From Octopus sinensis (taxonomy: Eukaryota), in NCBI RefSeq assembly GCF_006345805.1, contig NC_043002.1, positions 21,080,001-21,144,000 on the forward strand: a stretch of DNA of 64,000 nt, in the 5' to 3' direction. This document shows, piece by piece, positions 53,033-64,000 of the stretch. Position 1 is the stretch's first letter; each line of letters opens with the position of its first letter. Under the pieces are notes generated by a model. It ran no database searches, was not told the DNA's origin, and saw nothing but the letters and a program-made list of their open reading frames with translations. Position numbers and translations under genes: made by a program.

Positions 53033-53880
53033 ATATATATATATACATATATATATTTGTATATGTATTATACATATATATATGTGTGTGTGTGTATATA
53101 TATATATGTATATTTATTCACATGTATATTATGTTCTATACATGTGACTATATATTTGTAGCTTAGAACACGGGTCAAAGAAACACAATACTTACAATAA
53201 GAGACATTGGACATGACATGGACCCATGGCTAGTGGTGACCTGTGGTAAAGGGATCAAAATGGACTTGCCAATTCTGATGGCCTCTCGTCTCCCTCTACC
53301 CACTGAATGTCACAGAGGTATAACAGAAATATACCCAGAAGGAGGTGCTGAGACATATGTTATGTGATTAATGGTATAGAGTAGGAAACCTTGTTGCCAT
53401 ATTTCTCACAGTGAAACACTGAAAAGGACTGAAAATGTGAAGCAAAAACAAGAAAAATAATGAAAATCAACCAACAAAAAGAATTAGAATCTCCAGTTTC
53501 CAGATCCCCATCAGCTAAAAGTCTGGAGGTTATGCATGAAATATCTTTAGGCTCAGTATTGCAAATAGATGAGCAAATACTTCCATCTCCTTATAATACC
53601 AGCTTGTAGAACCATACCTTCATAAAGTGATAAGGAAGAAATTGTTATAAACAAAAATAGGAAGGGGGGAAAAAAAAAGTAAAAATCACAGAAAATAACA
53701 TGAAATAACAGAAAACTGGTAAGATGAAATCTCTCCTCTGGAAAATAGTGAATAAAATACAGAAGACAAAAATAAACAATGGTAACATTGTTCTTTGAAA
53801 ATCAAACAAACAGTTAATAAATAAAGCTAAAACATAGGTGGCTACCCTTAAGATGTTCGCATTTTTTATTATCAGATGCA

Positions 53881-54300
53881 TAGGCGCAGGAGTGGCTGTG
53901 TGGTAAGTAGCTTGCTTACCAACAACATGGTTCTGGGTTCAGTCCCACTGCATGGTGCCTTGGGCAAGTGTCTTCTATTATAGCCTCGGTCTGACCAAAG
54001 CCTTGTGAGTGGATTTTGTAGATGGAAACTGAAAGAAGCCCGTCGTATATATGTATATATATATATGTATGTGTGTGTATATGTTTGTGTGTCTGTGTTT
54101 GTCCCCCCCCCCAACATCGCTTGGCAACTGATGCTGGTGTGCTTACATCCCCGTAACTTAGCGGTTCGGCAAAAGAGACGGATAGAATAAATACTAGACT
54201 TACAAAGAATAAGTCCTGGGGTCAATTTGCTTGACTAAAGGCAGTGCTCCAGCATGGCCTCAGTCAAATGACTGAAACAAGTAAAGGAGTAAAAGAGTAA
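53881..54300 (+). mobile_element. SINE family A, full length
   Basis: taggcgcaggagtggct ... gagtaaaagagtaa. Confidence 0.9.
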
Positions 54301-54787
54301 TGCCTTAAAATGCTTACTAGTGCATTTGGTTGCACCCGTGTACAATTTGTGAAGTGATTAAGTGAATGGGGGTAACCTAATCAAGCTAACCAGAAAATAT
54401 GTCATATTTAGATCATTTCTTCTTTTGATTATTGTGTGTGTTATGGTTCTCTATATCTATTTCTATGTAAATATGAGTGTGTATGCATACATATGTAAAT
54501 GTATGCATATGTGTGTGCATGAACGTATCTGTGTGTATTAGTAAAAATATGTATCTATATTATATGTGTATGCAATTTCTAAAATTTGAAAGAATTACTA
54601 TGATTATTATTATTATTGTTATTGTTATTATTACTATTATCATTATCATTATTATTGTTGTTGTTGTTATTGTTGTTATTATTACATAAGGCAGTGAGCT
54701 GCCAGACTCATTAGTTTGTCTCACAAAATGTCAAGCAGCATTTCTTCTGGCTTGTGCCTGGAGTGGAAAGGAACCCCCCCCCCGAAC

Positions 54788-54813
54788 ACCACCACCACCA
54801 CCACCAACACCAA

Positions 54814-54873
<60 letters not shown>

Positions 54874-54907
54874 TACTACTACCACCACCACCACCACTAC
54901 TACTACT
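54788..54907. repeat. (ACC)n/(ACT)n microsatellite
   Basis: Direct reading. Confidence 0.9.
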
Positions 54908-55339
54908 GTTTTGCTCTCTTGTGACAATAAGTGTTTTACGCAGCTGTCAGAACAAATTAATTTAAAACTGCCCAACCATAATCAACTAACATGTTGTAAT
55001 TATATACACCTGTTGTTATAGGATTGAAACAATGCATTGTTAATCTTTTATATTTGTCTGTCTGTTTGTGAATAAAGTGTTATTTTTGCTTTATTGTCAC
55101 CTCTTATCTCTCACTTATTCTTTCTTACACCCTTCCATTGACAACCCTGCCCCCTTGTGTCAGCCAAAGAGGAAACAGACAAAAATAGAGACAAAAGATG
55201 TGACTGAAACAAAATAGCATTTACAATTTATGGCAATTTATGACACTTTTGTGGCACCTTGGGCAAGTATCTTCTGCTATAGCCTCAGGCTGACCAAAGC
55301 CTTGTGAGTGGATTTGGTAGCCGGAAACTGAAAGAAGCC

Positions 55340-55405
<66 letters not shown>

Positions 55406-55482
55406 ATATTTGTGTGTGTCTGTGTCCCCCCCCACCAATAATAATAATAATAACAATAACAACAACAACAATAAAATAATAA

Positions 55483-55534
<52 letters not shown>

Positions 55535-55537
<3 letters not shown>

Positions 55538-55818
55538 CCATGGATGGAATTTATGAATATGTTAATGCGTTGCTATGCATGTTTCCGCAAATCACATGTT
55601 TCTGAAGATCATAGTCCGTATTGCTGGGATGATTACAGTGCAGTTCATAGTACCCATGGATATTGAGTAGATCCTGAATATTATCCATCCAATGACTGGA
55701 TACAGAGGACTGCACTGTAATCATCCCAGCAATACGGACTATGATCTTCAGAAACATGTGATTTGCGGAAACATGCATAGCAACGCATTAACATATTCAT
55801 AAATTCCATCCATGGATT
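55535..55818. repeat. Essentially perfect inverted repeat (110-bp arms), flanked by (AAT)n on the left and (ATT)n on the right
   Basis: aatccatggatggaatttatgaatatg...gattacagtgcagt mirrored by actgcactgtaatc...catattcataaattccatccatggatt. Confidence 0.95.
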
Positions 55819-55873
55819 ATTATTATTATTGTTGTTGTTGTTGTTATTCTTCTTCTTCTTCTTCTTCTTCTTC

Positions 55874-55919
<46 letters not shown>

Positions 55920-57072
55920 TACTAAATATATATATAAATGTATTATACATTATATATATATATAAACACACACACACACACACACAACACACACACACAC
56001 ACAACATACAACACATTTATAAATGTTAAATTCTATAAACAATATTCTAACTTTAATTTCACAGCAAACATTGAGTATTGCTGACTTTGTTGAGATGTCA
56101 GTTGAATTTTTGTGATTTTTTTTTTGGCATAAAGAAATTTATGAAATTATTGTTTACATGCAAAAAACCTTAGTTTCTAATAACTGTTCTGAATTGAGAA
56201 CGTTTTCCAATTTTCCTCTTTCAAAATATTATATAAGGTTATTTTTTGGATACTTTTATATTTGAAATTCATTTTTTGCTGATAATATTCTTGCACAAAA
56301 TGTTTTCTATGTACAGTATTCATACTTTCATGATATTTCTTGTCAAAACATTCATTCTAAAAAGAAGCATAATTTTTTTTACTATGAAATTTTTGGGGAA
56401 AAAATTACGCATGCTTAGTTTGAAATTTGAATGATTCGTGTATCTTCAAGATGTCTTTTTTAAAATTGTTTCATTTGTCTTTAGAGAAAATGTTTTAAAT
56501 ATCTTTTTCCTTTCATTGTTTCATCTTTCAATAAATCTTTTTTCCATGTTTTTCTTTTTTATTCAGAAAACTTTTCATATTTTTTATTCTGTCATGCATG
56601 ATAAAACATTCCTTAAATTTGATTTGAAATTAAAATTGGAAATTTTCTTTTCTTTCTCCAATGTTTTATCCTTAAAATAAAACACTTTCATTTAAAATTT
56701 TATCACTCCTTCTTCAATATGAAGCAAATAATTTGGATGATATTGTTAATTAAAATATTCATATCGAAAATGGCTGCTTTTATATCTTCCTGTTTTAAAA
56801 CTTTTCAATGAAGATCCTTGTCAATCCTTTTATATTTATCTGTTTGGGATGGTGTTAATTATTTGAATGAGACTCTTAATCAAAATGCTCATATTTAATA
56901 TGAATAGGTGGTAAATGTTGCAGAATCATTAGAGCATAAAGTAGAATGACTTTCATTATTCATTTTGGCTTCCTGTACCCTGAGTTCAAATACAGCCAAT
57001 GTCAATTTTCTTGTTATCCTCTCAGGGATGATAAATCTAGTATCAGTCTACTAATGGGGTCAATTCTCTCTA

Positions 57073-57120
<48 letters not shown>

Positions 57121-59134
57121 ACATGCCTGATGCAACTGTGGAATAGTCAGCCATTTACATATAAATTTCATAAGTAGGAAATAAGATGGTTACACAACTG
57201 AATGCATGTTGTGAACATGGATGGTGACTTTTTATTTTTGTCATGAGAGATGATAAAAAACAAAAAAAAAAAAACTGTTGACATATTTCAATTTACTTAA
57301 AACCCAAAAGACTGGGTTTGAACCAGCAGAGTTGTTAGAGCTTCAGACAAAATGTCATGTGGTATTTGTTCTGAATCACTGCTTGATATGTTCAAATCTA
57401 ACTGAGGTAAGCTCTGCCTTTCATCTCTTGAAGATCGAATGAAATAATGCCAATCCAATGTATTGAATTGGCTAAACTGTAAGAATGTCAAACCAGGATT
57501 CTTATTTTGGTTTTTGTGTTCTGAGTTCAAATCTTCCATGGCCAACTTGGGTTGTTAACTTCATACACAACTTAATTTAACATCATTACCTAGTGCCTTC
57601 TGTAGAGTTCTCTCTGTTGCCAAGTCTCCAGGTTGAGGATATCTTCCTCCCTCCCACACATTTAAATGGGCACTGCCTCCCCTCATGGCTAAAAGTTAAT
57701 AAAGAAAGTAGCAGTAAAAAGACTGTGGATTATGTAATTTAATCCTCAATGCATTGGTTAAATTTTTGCTTCACAAGCTGGTGCTATAACAAGCTAATTG
57801 TAAGCAAATCAATTCTTACAACCTTTTCCTATTGATCTGTAATAATAAAATGTGTATACTATATCAAATGAAATGTAGAGAATTCCAGAAAGTAACCATC
57901 AAAAATGCAATAACTTGGTTCCTGTGTCTCAAGTGCATATGCACAGAACTGAGTATACTCAGTTCCTCTACAGTAAAGATTAATATACATCTAAAAACTA
58001 TTGGGTGTGATTGATTTCTGAGTGAAAGGAATAATATTTTCAATATACCACATACATAGTGTAACAAATAAGTACCAGTTGAATACTGGGGTTGATGTAA
58101 TTGATGTAACTGCTCCTGGGAATGAGCATTAAAAACTGCATTCTTTTACCAAGCCATGTTGAGCCAGTGTGACAGAGTTGGCTCATCAAACCAGTATGAT
58201 TTTAAGCTCAAATTCATAGCCATCATATTAGACCATAGTTGGTGAAGTGAACATGCTGAAGCCTTCATCCTGCAGTGGACTGAATATTAGGCAAATCCAA
58301 TCAAATCTAATCCTTAGTGTAACATTTAAGTATACCAATGAAGTTAAACAATTGAAGCTCATCTAGTTTCCTTTTGATCCGATAAATATGTATTTTGGGT
58401 GCTTTAACCCTTTCATTACTATATTTCTGTTGAGGTGCACTGCCATTGTTTCACTTAATTTTGAAAATAATAAAGAATTCAATAAAATTACTTTGTTGTT
58501 ATTAAGTTGATAATTGGAACATAACATGAAAATTTGAAGCAAGATTTTAATTAACATGAAAATTTGAAGGAAGATTTTAATTTAGATCACTTAAAAAGTG
58601 GAAGTTTGTATCATGGAACCAGGGGCAGTCTCAGGCAAGTTGGCGCCAAAAGTGTTAACATTGCTATAATAACCACTGGATATTTCAGTCAACAAACCAT
58701 TTTAAATGTTTTACGCAAGAAGTGTGAAACAAGCGGCTATCTGCTGAGAATTTAGAAACAGAATGACAAACGCAATTTGCTATTACACAGGTATGTTTGT
58801 CAGAGGGTGTAATCATCAGTGGGAGGTGTGAGAGTGGAAATAATTGCAAAAGCATTAAAAGGAGATATGGAATCGGCAATGTGATGGACAACATTGAAGA
58901 TGAGATTCTTTATGAATATAATGATGACCATTGATAGCAAATTGCAGCGATGTAAATTACAGCTGTGTTTAATAATGTATTAATGGATGTAAATTTATAG
59001 GAAGTTATTCTAAATACAGAGTCTTCAGCTATCTATGATATCCTTGAAATATATCTTTTACATTGAAGATTAGCCTTGAAGTGGAGTGGAGAGGAACTTC
59101 CTTGTTTTTAGTGATTTTCTCACTTTCTCTCACA

Positions 59135-59136
59135 TA

Positions 59137-59200
<64 letters not shown>

Positions 59201-59345
59201 ATCTCTCTCCATCTCTCTCACTCGTTCTCTCACTCATTCTATTTCTTTCTCTCTATTTCTTTCTTCCTCTTTCTTTCTCTCTCTTTCTTTCTCTCTCCCT
59301 CTCTCACTTACTCTCTCTCCCTACTCTCTCACTTTCTCTCACACA
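59135..59345. repeat. (CT)n-rich tract
   Basis: Direct reading. Confidence 0.9.
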
Positions 59346-59862
59346 CATGCTCACACACTCTCATACACACATTCTTCTTCTGGATATAATGGGGCCATAG
59401 GTTTACAACTGATCTCTACAGTGAAGTATCCAGGTTGTCCAACATTTGATAATATTTACCTGTAAGGGTAATTGGATTGTAGACAAACCCTGCAGTCAGT
59501 TTGTAAGCATTGCTTCCAATAGCAAAATTCTACCAAGTTTTGTTCATGCATAATTATTTGGTACTAAATTATATAGTTTTACCAAATAAAGTTCTAACAG
59601 TATATTCATTAATCATCTAAACCTTTCCTCCCTAATTCTACCTTACTAATTATAGATTGCATTTTGTCACCTGTAGCATCTTTTTAACTTTGCCTTTCAT
59701 TTCTTTCATGTCGATACAATAAAGAACCAGTCATGTAATTGATTTGTCCCCTCCCTTCAAAATTGTGGCTTTTGAACCCTGCAATGAACAGCATCCTATT
59801 CAGGTGGTGTGTTGTGATCTCAATCACTTATGCACCACGGAAACCAGACAACCAACGTTATC

Positions 59863-60389
59863 AGTCCTAGAGCTTAATATGAGTCCTAGAGTTTAATATG
59901 AGTCCTAGAGCTTAATATGTGTCCTAGAGCTTAATATGAGTCCTAGAGCTTAATATGTGTCCTAGAGCTTAATATGAGTCCTAGAGCTTAATATGAGTCC
60001 TAGAGCTTAATATGAGTCCTAGAGCTGAATATGAGTCCTAGAGCTTAATATGTGTCCTAGAGCTTAATATGAGTCCTAGAGCTTAATATGTGTCCTAGAG
60101 CTTAATATGAGTCCTAGAGCTTAATATGAGTCCCAGAGCTTAATATGAGTCCTAGAGCTTAATATGTGTCCTAGAGCTTAATATGAGTCCTAGAGCTTAA
60201 TATGTGTCCTAGAGCTTAATATGAGTCCTAGAGCTTAATATGAGTCCCAGAGCTTAATATGAGTCCTAGAGCTTAATATGTGTCCTAGAGCTTAATATGA
60301 GTCCTAGAGCTTAATATGAGTCCTAGAGCTTAATATGAGTCCTAGAGCTTAATATGTGTCCTGGAGCTTAATATGAGTCCTAGAGCTTA
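59863..60389. repeat. 19-bp minisatellite (TCCTAGAGCTTAATATGAG), about 27-28 units
   Basis: Direct reading; variants ending GTG and starting TCCC. Confidence 0.97.
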
Positions 60390-60528
60390 TTTTATTTTAT
60401 TTACTTAATAGGTAAATAAAATAAAATAAAGTAAAGCATGTTATAAACCTGAAAATTTTGTCATTATTTGATCTATTTGATTCTTTTTAGATAAAATAAT
60501 TAAATTGGGAATTTTTTGTCTCTTCCAG

Positions 60529-60627
60529 ATCCCTTCAGTTTCACCACATCTTTGACAGATGAAGGAGACAGTAAGAAACAGAGTACTAAATTACAGTCAC
60601 AGAAATCTGCTCCAGTACTTTCTCAGG
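60529..60627 (+). CDS. Candidate internal exon (99 nt, phase 1-1): (D)PFSFTTSLTDEGDSKKQSTKLQSQKSAPVLSQ(G)
   Basis: Acceptor ttttttgtctcttccAG, donor CAGG|GTATTT. Open in the frame continuing the phase-1 donor at 3449, with similar Ser/Thr/Lys-rich composition. Confidence 0.6.
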
Positions 60628-61634
60628 GTATTTATCTATTTATTTTATGTCACAACCTGTGAAAAGTAATACTGCAGGGTCCATGTTTCCAATGAGTCAA
60701 TCATTGTTTCATTGCATTTCTGATGACAAGAATGAGAAGAGATGATCTGTAACTTGATATATATACCATGACATGAGAGATTTTGTTTAGTGGAAACACC
60801 AGTCTTCAGTAATATAAATTGGCAAAAGATACACATGTGCTCACCTACTTATATTTATGTATGCACACATGCATGCACTCATGCATGTGCATACACTTAC
60901 ACATATTAGTGTAGTACATGTAAAAAAATGATGGGGCTTATTGCTGTCAAATTCCACTCAGAAGATGCTGGTCAACTTGAAGTTATAACAGAAGATACTT
61001 GACCAATGTGCTATGCAATGGGATTGAACCCAGATCTCTGTTGATGTGAAGCAAATTTCTTAGCTATGCAGCCATTCTCGCACCCATTTATGCTTATCTT
61101 TCTTCATGTTGTCATTCCATTTAAACAACATTTCTCTGTTGAATATATACTTTTTCATCACAGCAATTACTATGAAGAGTCATTGTGGGTTGTGTGTTTG
61201 TTTGTAACTTTTTTAGTGTGCATATGTGTGTGTGTCTGAGTGCATGTATGCTTATGTGTGAACAGATGTTGTTGTTTAACCCTAGGTTAACCTTGATCCA
61301 ACAGGTCATGATCAGAGACATTTCAACCACCATGAATTCTTGCCAAAGAAATGACAGTGGCTTTTGTGCAAAAGTAAACAGAAGCATAGACAGACTGTCT
61401 CTGTGGAATAATTCTTTCAAAGGATTTTTCTGTATCAGTGATAATTGCTATATTTTCTGTTTCTTGAGAGGTGGGATGTAGACCAGGTCTTTGTAAGTCT
61501 TTTATTGGTGGTAACTATAGCAAATAGTTTAGCAACAGACCACATTTTGTTCCATCTGCCAAAGGGACATTTAATCTGACCCTTCAAATACAAACTCATA
61601 CCAAGTTCTTCTGATTTGTGATTTATGTCTTTAA

Positions 61635-62031
61635 CCCTTTAGCATTTAAACTGGTCATATCTGGCCAAAATATTCTACCTGTTTTATGTTCAAACTGGTC
61701 ACATCCAACCTACCCTACAATGCCATTCTAGAAATAAACAAACATATCATTAGAATCTCGAGGCTCTGAGATAAAGCGAAATTATTTCAAAACATTACGG
61801 AGATGTACTTGCATAGCGAGTGACTTGATCTGAGGTCGTGTGCTGGAATGAAAACAATTGCAGCGTGGAAAGTGTTTATAAGCCATTTAAGAAACACATA
61901 AAAACCGTTAGATTCACTTCAACATTTAAATTTAATTTGTCAAAATATTTTTGTTGCTTTGAGACCGTGACCTGTTCACTGACAAAACTTCGTGCTGCAA
62001 CAATTTGCAAAGTAATCTGAACATTAAAGGG
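61635..62031. mobile_element. piggyBac-type MITE carrying an internal segment shared with 35322-35494
   Basis: TTAA-CCCTTTAG ... TAAAGGG-TTAA termini. An older copy lacking the internal segment lies at about 39700-39950. Confidence 0.75.
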
Positions 62032-63208
62032 TTAATTTTGCTGACTGACTTTCACTTTCACTTCAATTATCAGAGGGATGATGGAAAATATTTGTCAACA
62101 ATCATTTTTTTATTTAAACACTTCTAGCTTCTCCCTCCACTCTCCTTCTCTCACACTTCCCTTTCTCAACTATCTTTCTCTTTAATTCCACCTTGAGTAA
62201 TCACAAGTTATGCCTTCTATAGAGTCAGTTATCCTAAAGATTTGTTCTACATCACTTGTCAGTTGTCTCTCACTGTTAAAAACTCTAGCAGAAGCAATGT
62301 TGTTACAACTGAAATCAGCAAAACCTCTCACAACATCAAGCATGAAAATGTATTAACTGAGTTGGACATCTAACATCAACATTAGAGTTTCTTAGCCTGC
62401 GTGATATTACCCAGAGGTGATGAGCAATGTAGGGTTTTGAAAATTAAGAATTTATTTCAACATGTGTTACTTGACAAAAAAAAAATATTCAAAGAAAAAA
62501 ATGCAAAGAATTTGTATTAAAAAAATGGATGAAACAAGAAACAAGAGGCTGGATGGGAATAACTGGGCCACATTCCTGAATAAGAAATAAATGTTCCTCA
62601 CAAACAAGGGGGGAACTTGTCAGTATATACCACAGTTTTGAGAAGGGTCATTAACATTCAAATAGTCCTTTGAACAAAATGACATTCTTTTTCAGATATA
62701 AATCTGATAAAAGAAGGCCAAAAACAACTTTGCCAATAAAATTAAGATGTGACCCTCAGGATAAACTCACCAATGCTACCAACACCAAGTGATCACACAT
62801 AAAATTGTCACAGGCAATGACCTCAAAGAACTCTGACAAAGAGCACAGCCGACAATGCCAGATAAAATATGAGAATTCCAAGATGGAATCTGTTCTTGGT
62901 TCAGTGTGCATGCTCATGTCAACAGACAGCCACTCGAAGTTGTTGGATTGTATTGGTCACCATATGATTGCAACACTCTTGTGATCTCATATTTATGGAT
63001 TATTGAAAATGGGCTTTGAGTAATATAACTTTTCTCTGGGTATTGTACGAGCTTTTAAGCACCCCAATGTCTCCATTTAAGAAAAATTCTTGACAGAAAC
63101 TCTGCCAGATCAGACTGGAGCCTGGTGCAGCCCCTGGCTTCCCAGACCCCGGTCAAACCGTCCAACCCGTGCTAGCACGGAAAACGGACGTTAAACGATG
63201 ATGATGAT

Positions 63209-63530
63209 GAATACAGTACTGATTATTTATCTTATGGGTTTTTTTGCTTCTCCTCACAGCAGTTAGTTACCCATCTGTGTTACGACAACGAAACTATGAA
63301 GCCTTCATGCTTAAAATATTATTTATATCCTAAGCATGCTGATCAGAAGTAAAAAAAAAAACCTTTGTCATATTTCTCACACCTTAAGACCTCATTCAAA
63401 AAGTGGAAAATCTCAATCTTAGAATTTCAGAAAACAACTGCGCAGCAAGACAATGGGATGATTGCATCATACAACATTCTGTTACTTGTTGCAAAGGCCA
63501 GTAAGTCCCACACTATAGGAAAAATATTAC
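63209..63530 (+). mobile_element. hAT (Buster/Charlie-like) transposase N-terminal fragment
   Basis: YSTDYLSYGFF...MKPSCLK...KPLSYF...KTTAQQDNGMIASYNILLLVAKASKSHTIG, resembling the BED-finger region and the ASY.IS.LIAK..KPHTIGE motif. Confidence 0.7.
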
Positions 63531-63534
63531 TTGG

Positions 63535-63955
63535 GCCTATCATTTTCTTTAGGTCTGTTTCCATTATTGTGCCATTAATTTCATTCTACACTTGTTCAAT
63601 ATATTTGCATATATTTGCATTAGCCCAAATTCTAGTTCTTCCATCCAAGCAGCTTGCCTTCTGAACTTATTTCTTCTCCATATAGAGTTCCAGTAGTTTT
63701 CTCTAATTCTTCTGATGGTGTATCACTTACAGAAACTCCGCTGTTTACAATGAAGCTACAACAAACTGATTTAGATTCTTTGACAAACAGTCTGCTCAGC
63801 ATTTTGGTTTTATAAACTGTAAATCTATATTTTCATTTTTTCAGCTGTTGTTGTAAGTTCTTTCATCTGATGTTGTTCAGAGTTTAAGGTTTCAAATTTT
63901 GTATTACTAGACTGCTTCTTCAATTTCTGTTTTAAGTGTTTTTAATGTTTTAAGA
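63535..63955 (-). mobile_element. Possible R4/Dong-like ORF fragment (region upstream of the RT), heavily decayed
   Basis: Minus-strand remnants RLFVKESK, DTPSEELEK, QAAWMEELEF and NEINGTIMETDLKKM resemble the pre-RT region of R4-clade ORFs; many stops and frameshifts. Confidence 0.4.
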
Positions 63956-64000
63956 TGTATGTATGTATGTATGTATGTATGTATGTATGTATGTATGTAT

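Noticed and set aside
55606-55645. CTGAAGA within the 55.5-kb palindrome as a ribozyme core
   Set aside because: No GAAA at the required position after the potential stem II.
58564-58790. Possible exon ending at cacag|gtatgt, or a pogo-like transposase remnant (GAKSVNI..TTG)
   Set aside because: The nearest acceptor gives a stop in the required phase; transposase similarity is too short to support.
59863-60389. CRISPR-like regular array
   Set aside because: Head-to-tail 19-bp units with no unique spacers, in eukaryotic context.

Overview
AT-rich, microsatellite-saturated animal genomic DNA. The SINE families and repeat style look like an octopus genome; this is recall-based inference, not a search result. 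The window appears to be mostly one very large intron (about 57 kb) of a + strand gene. There is a convincing large exon at 2682-3449 (acidic, Tyr-motif-rich, basic C-terminal cluster, GT donor in phase 1) and a phase-compatible 99-nt exon at 60529-60627. The protein family was not recognised. The rest is three abundant SINE-like families, decayed LINE fragments (RTE, CR1-like, R4/Dong-like with restriction-like endonuclease, I-group with RNase H), a Penelope-like RT relic, DNA transposon relics (mariner, maT/DD37D, hAT-Buster, piggyBac-type MITE, Helentron-type HINEs), a 19-bp minisatellite, a 100-N gap and many simple repeats. Nearly all listed ORFs are microsatellite or SINE artefacts. Most notable: (1) several short units with minimal type I hammerhead-ribozyme folds, often present as head-to-head inverted pairs, one fused to a tRNA-like Pol III head; (2) a single in-frame TGA separating a hydrophobic leader from the main ORF in an otherwise open 768-nt exon, which A-to-I editing could turn into TGG; (3) an R4-like retrotransposon family repeatedly embedded in (CATA)n arrays. 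Repeat boundaries were read by eye and are approximate.
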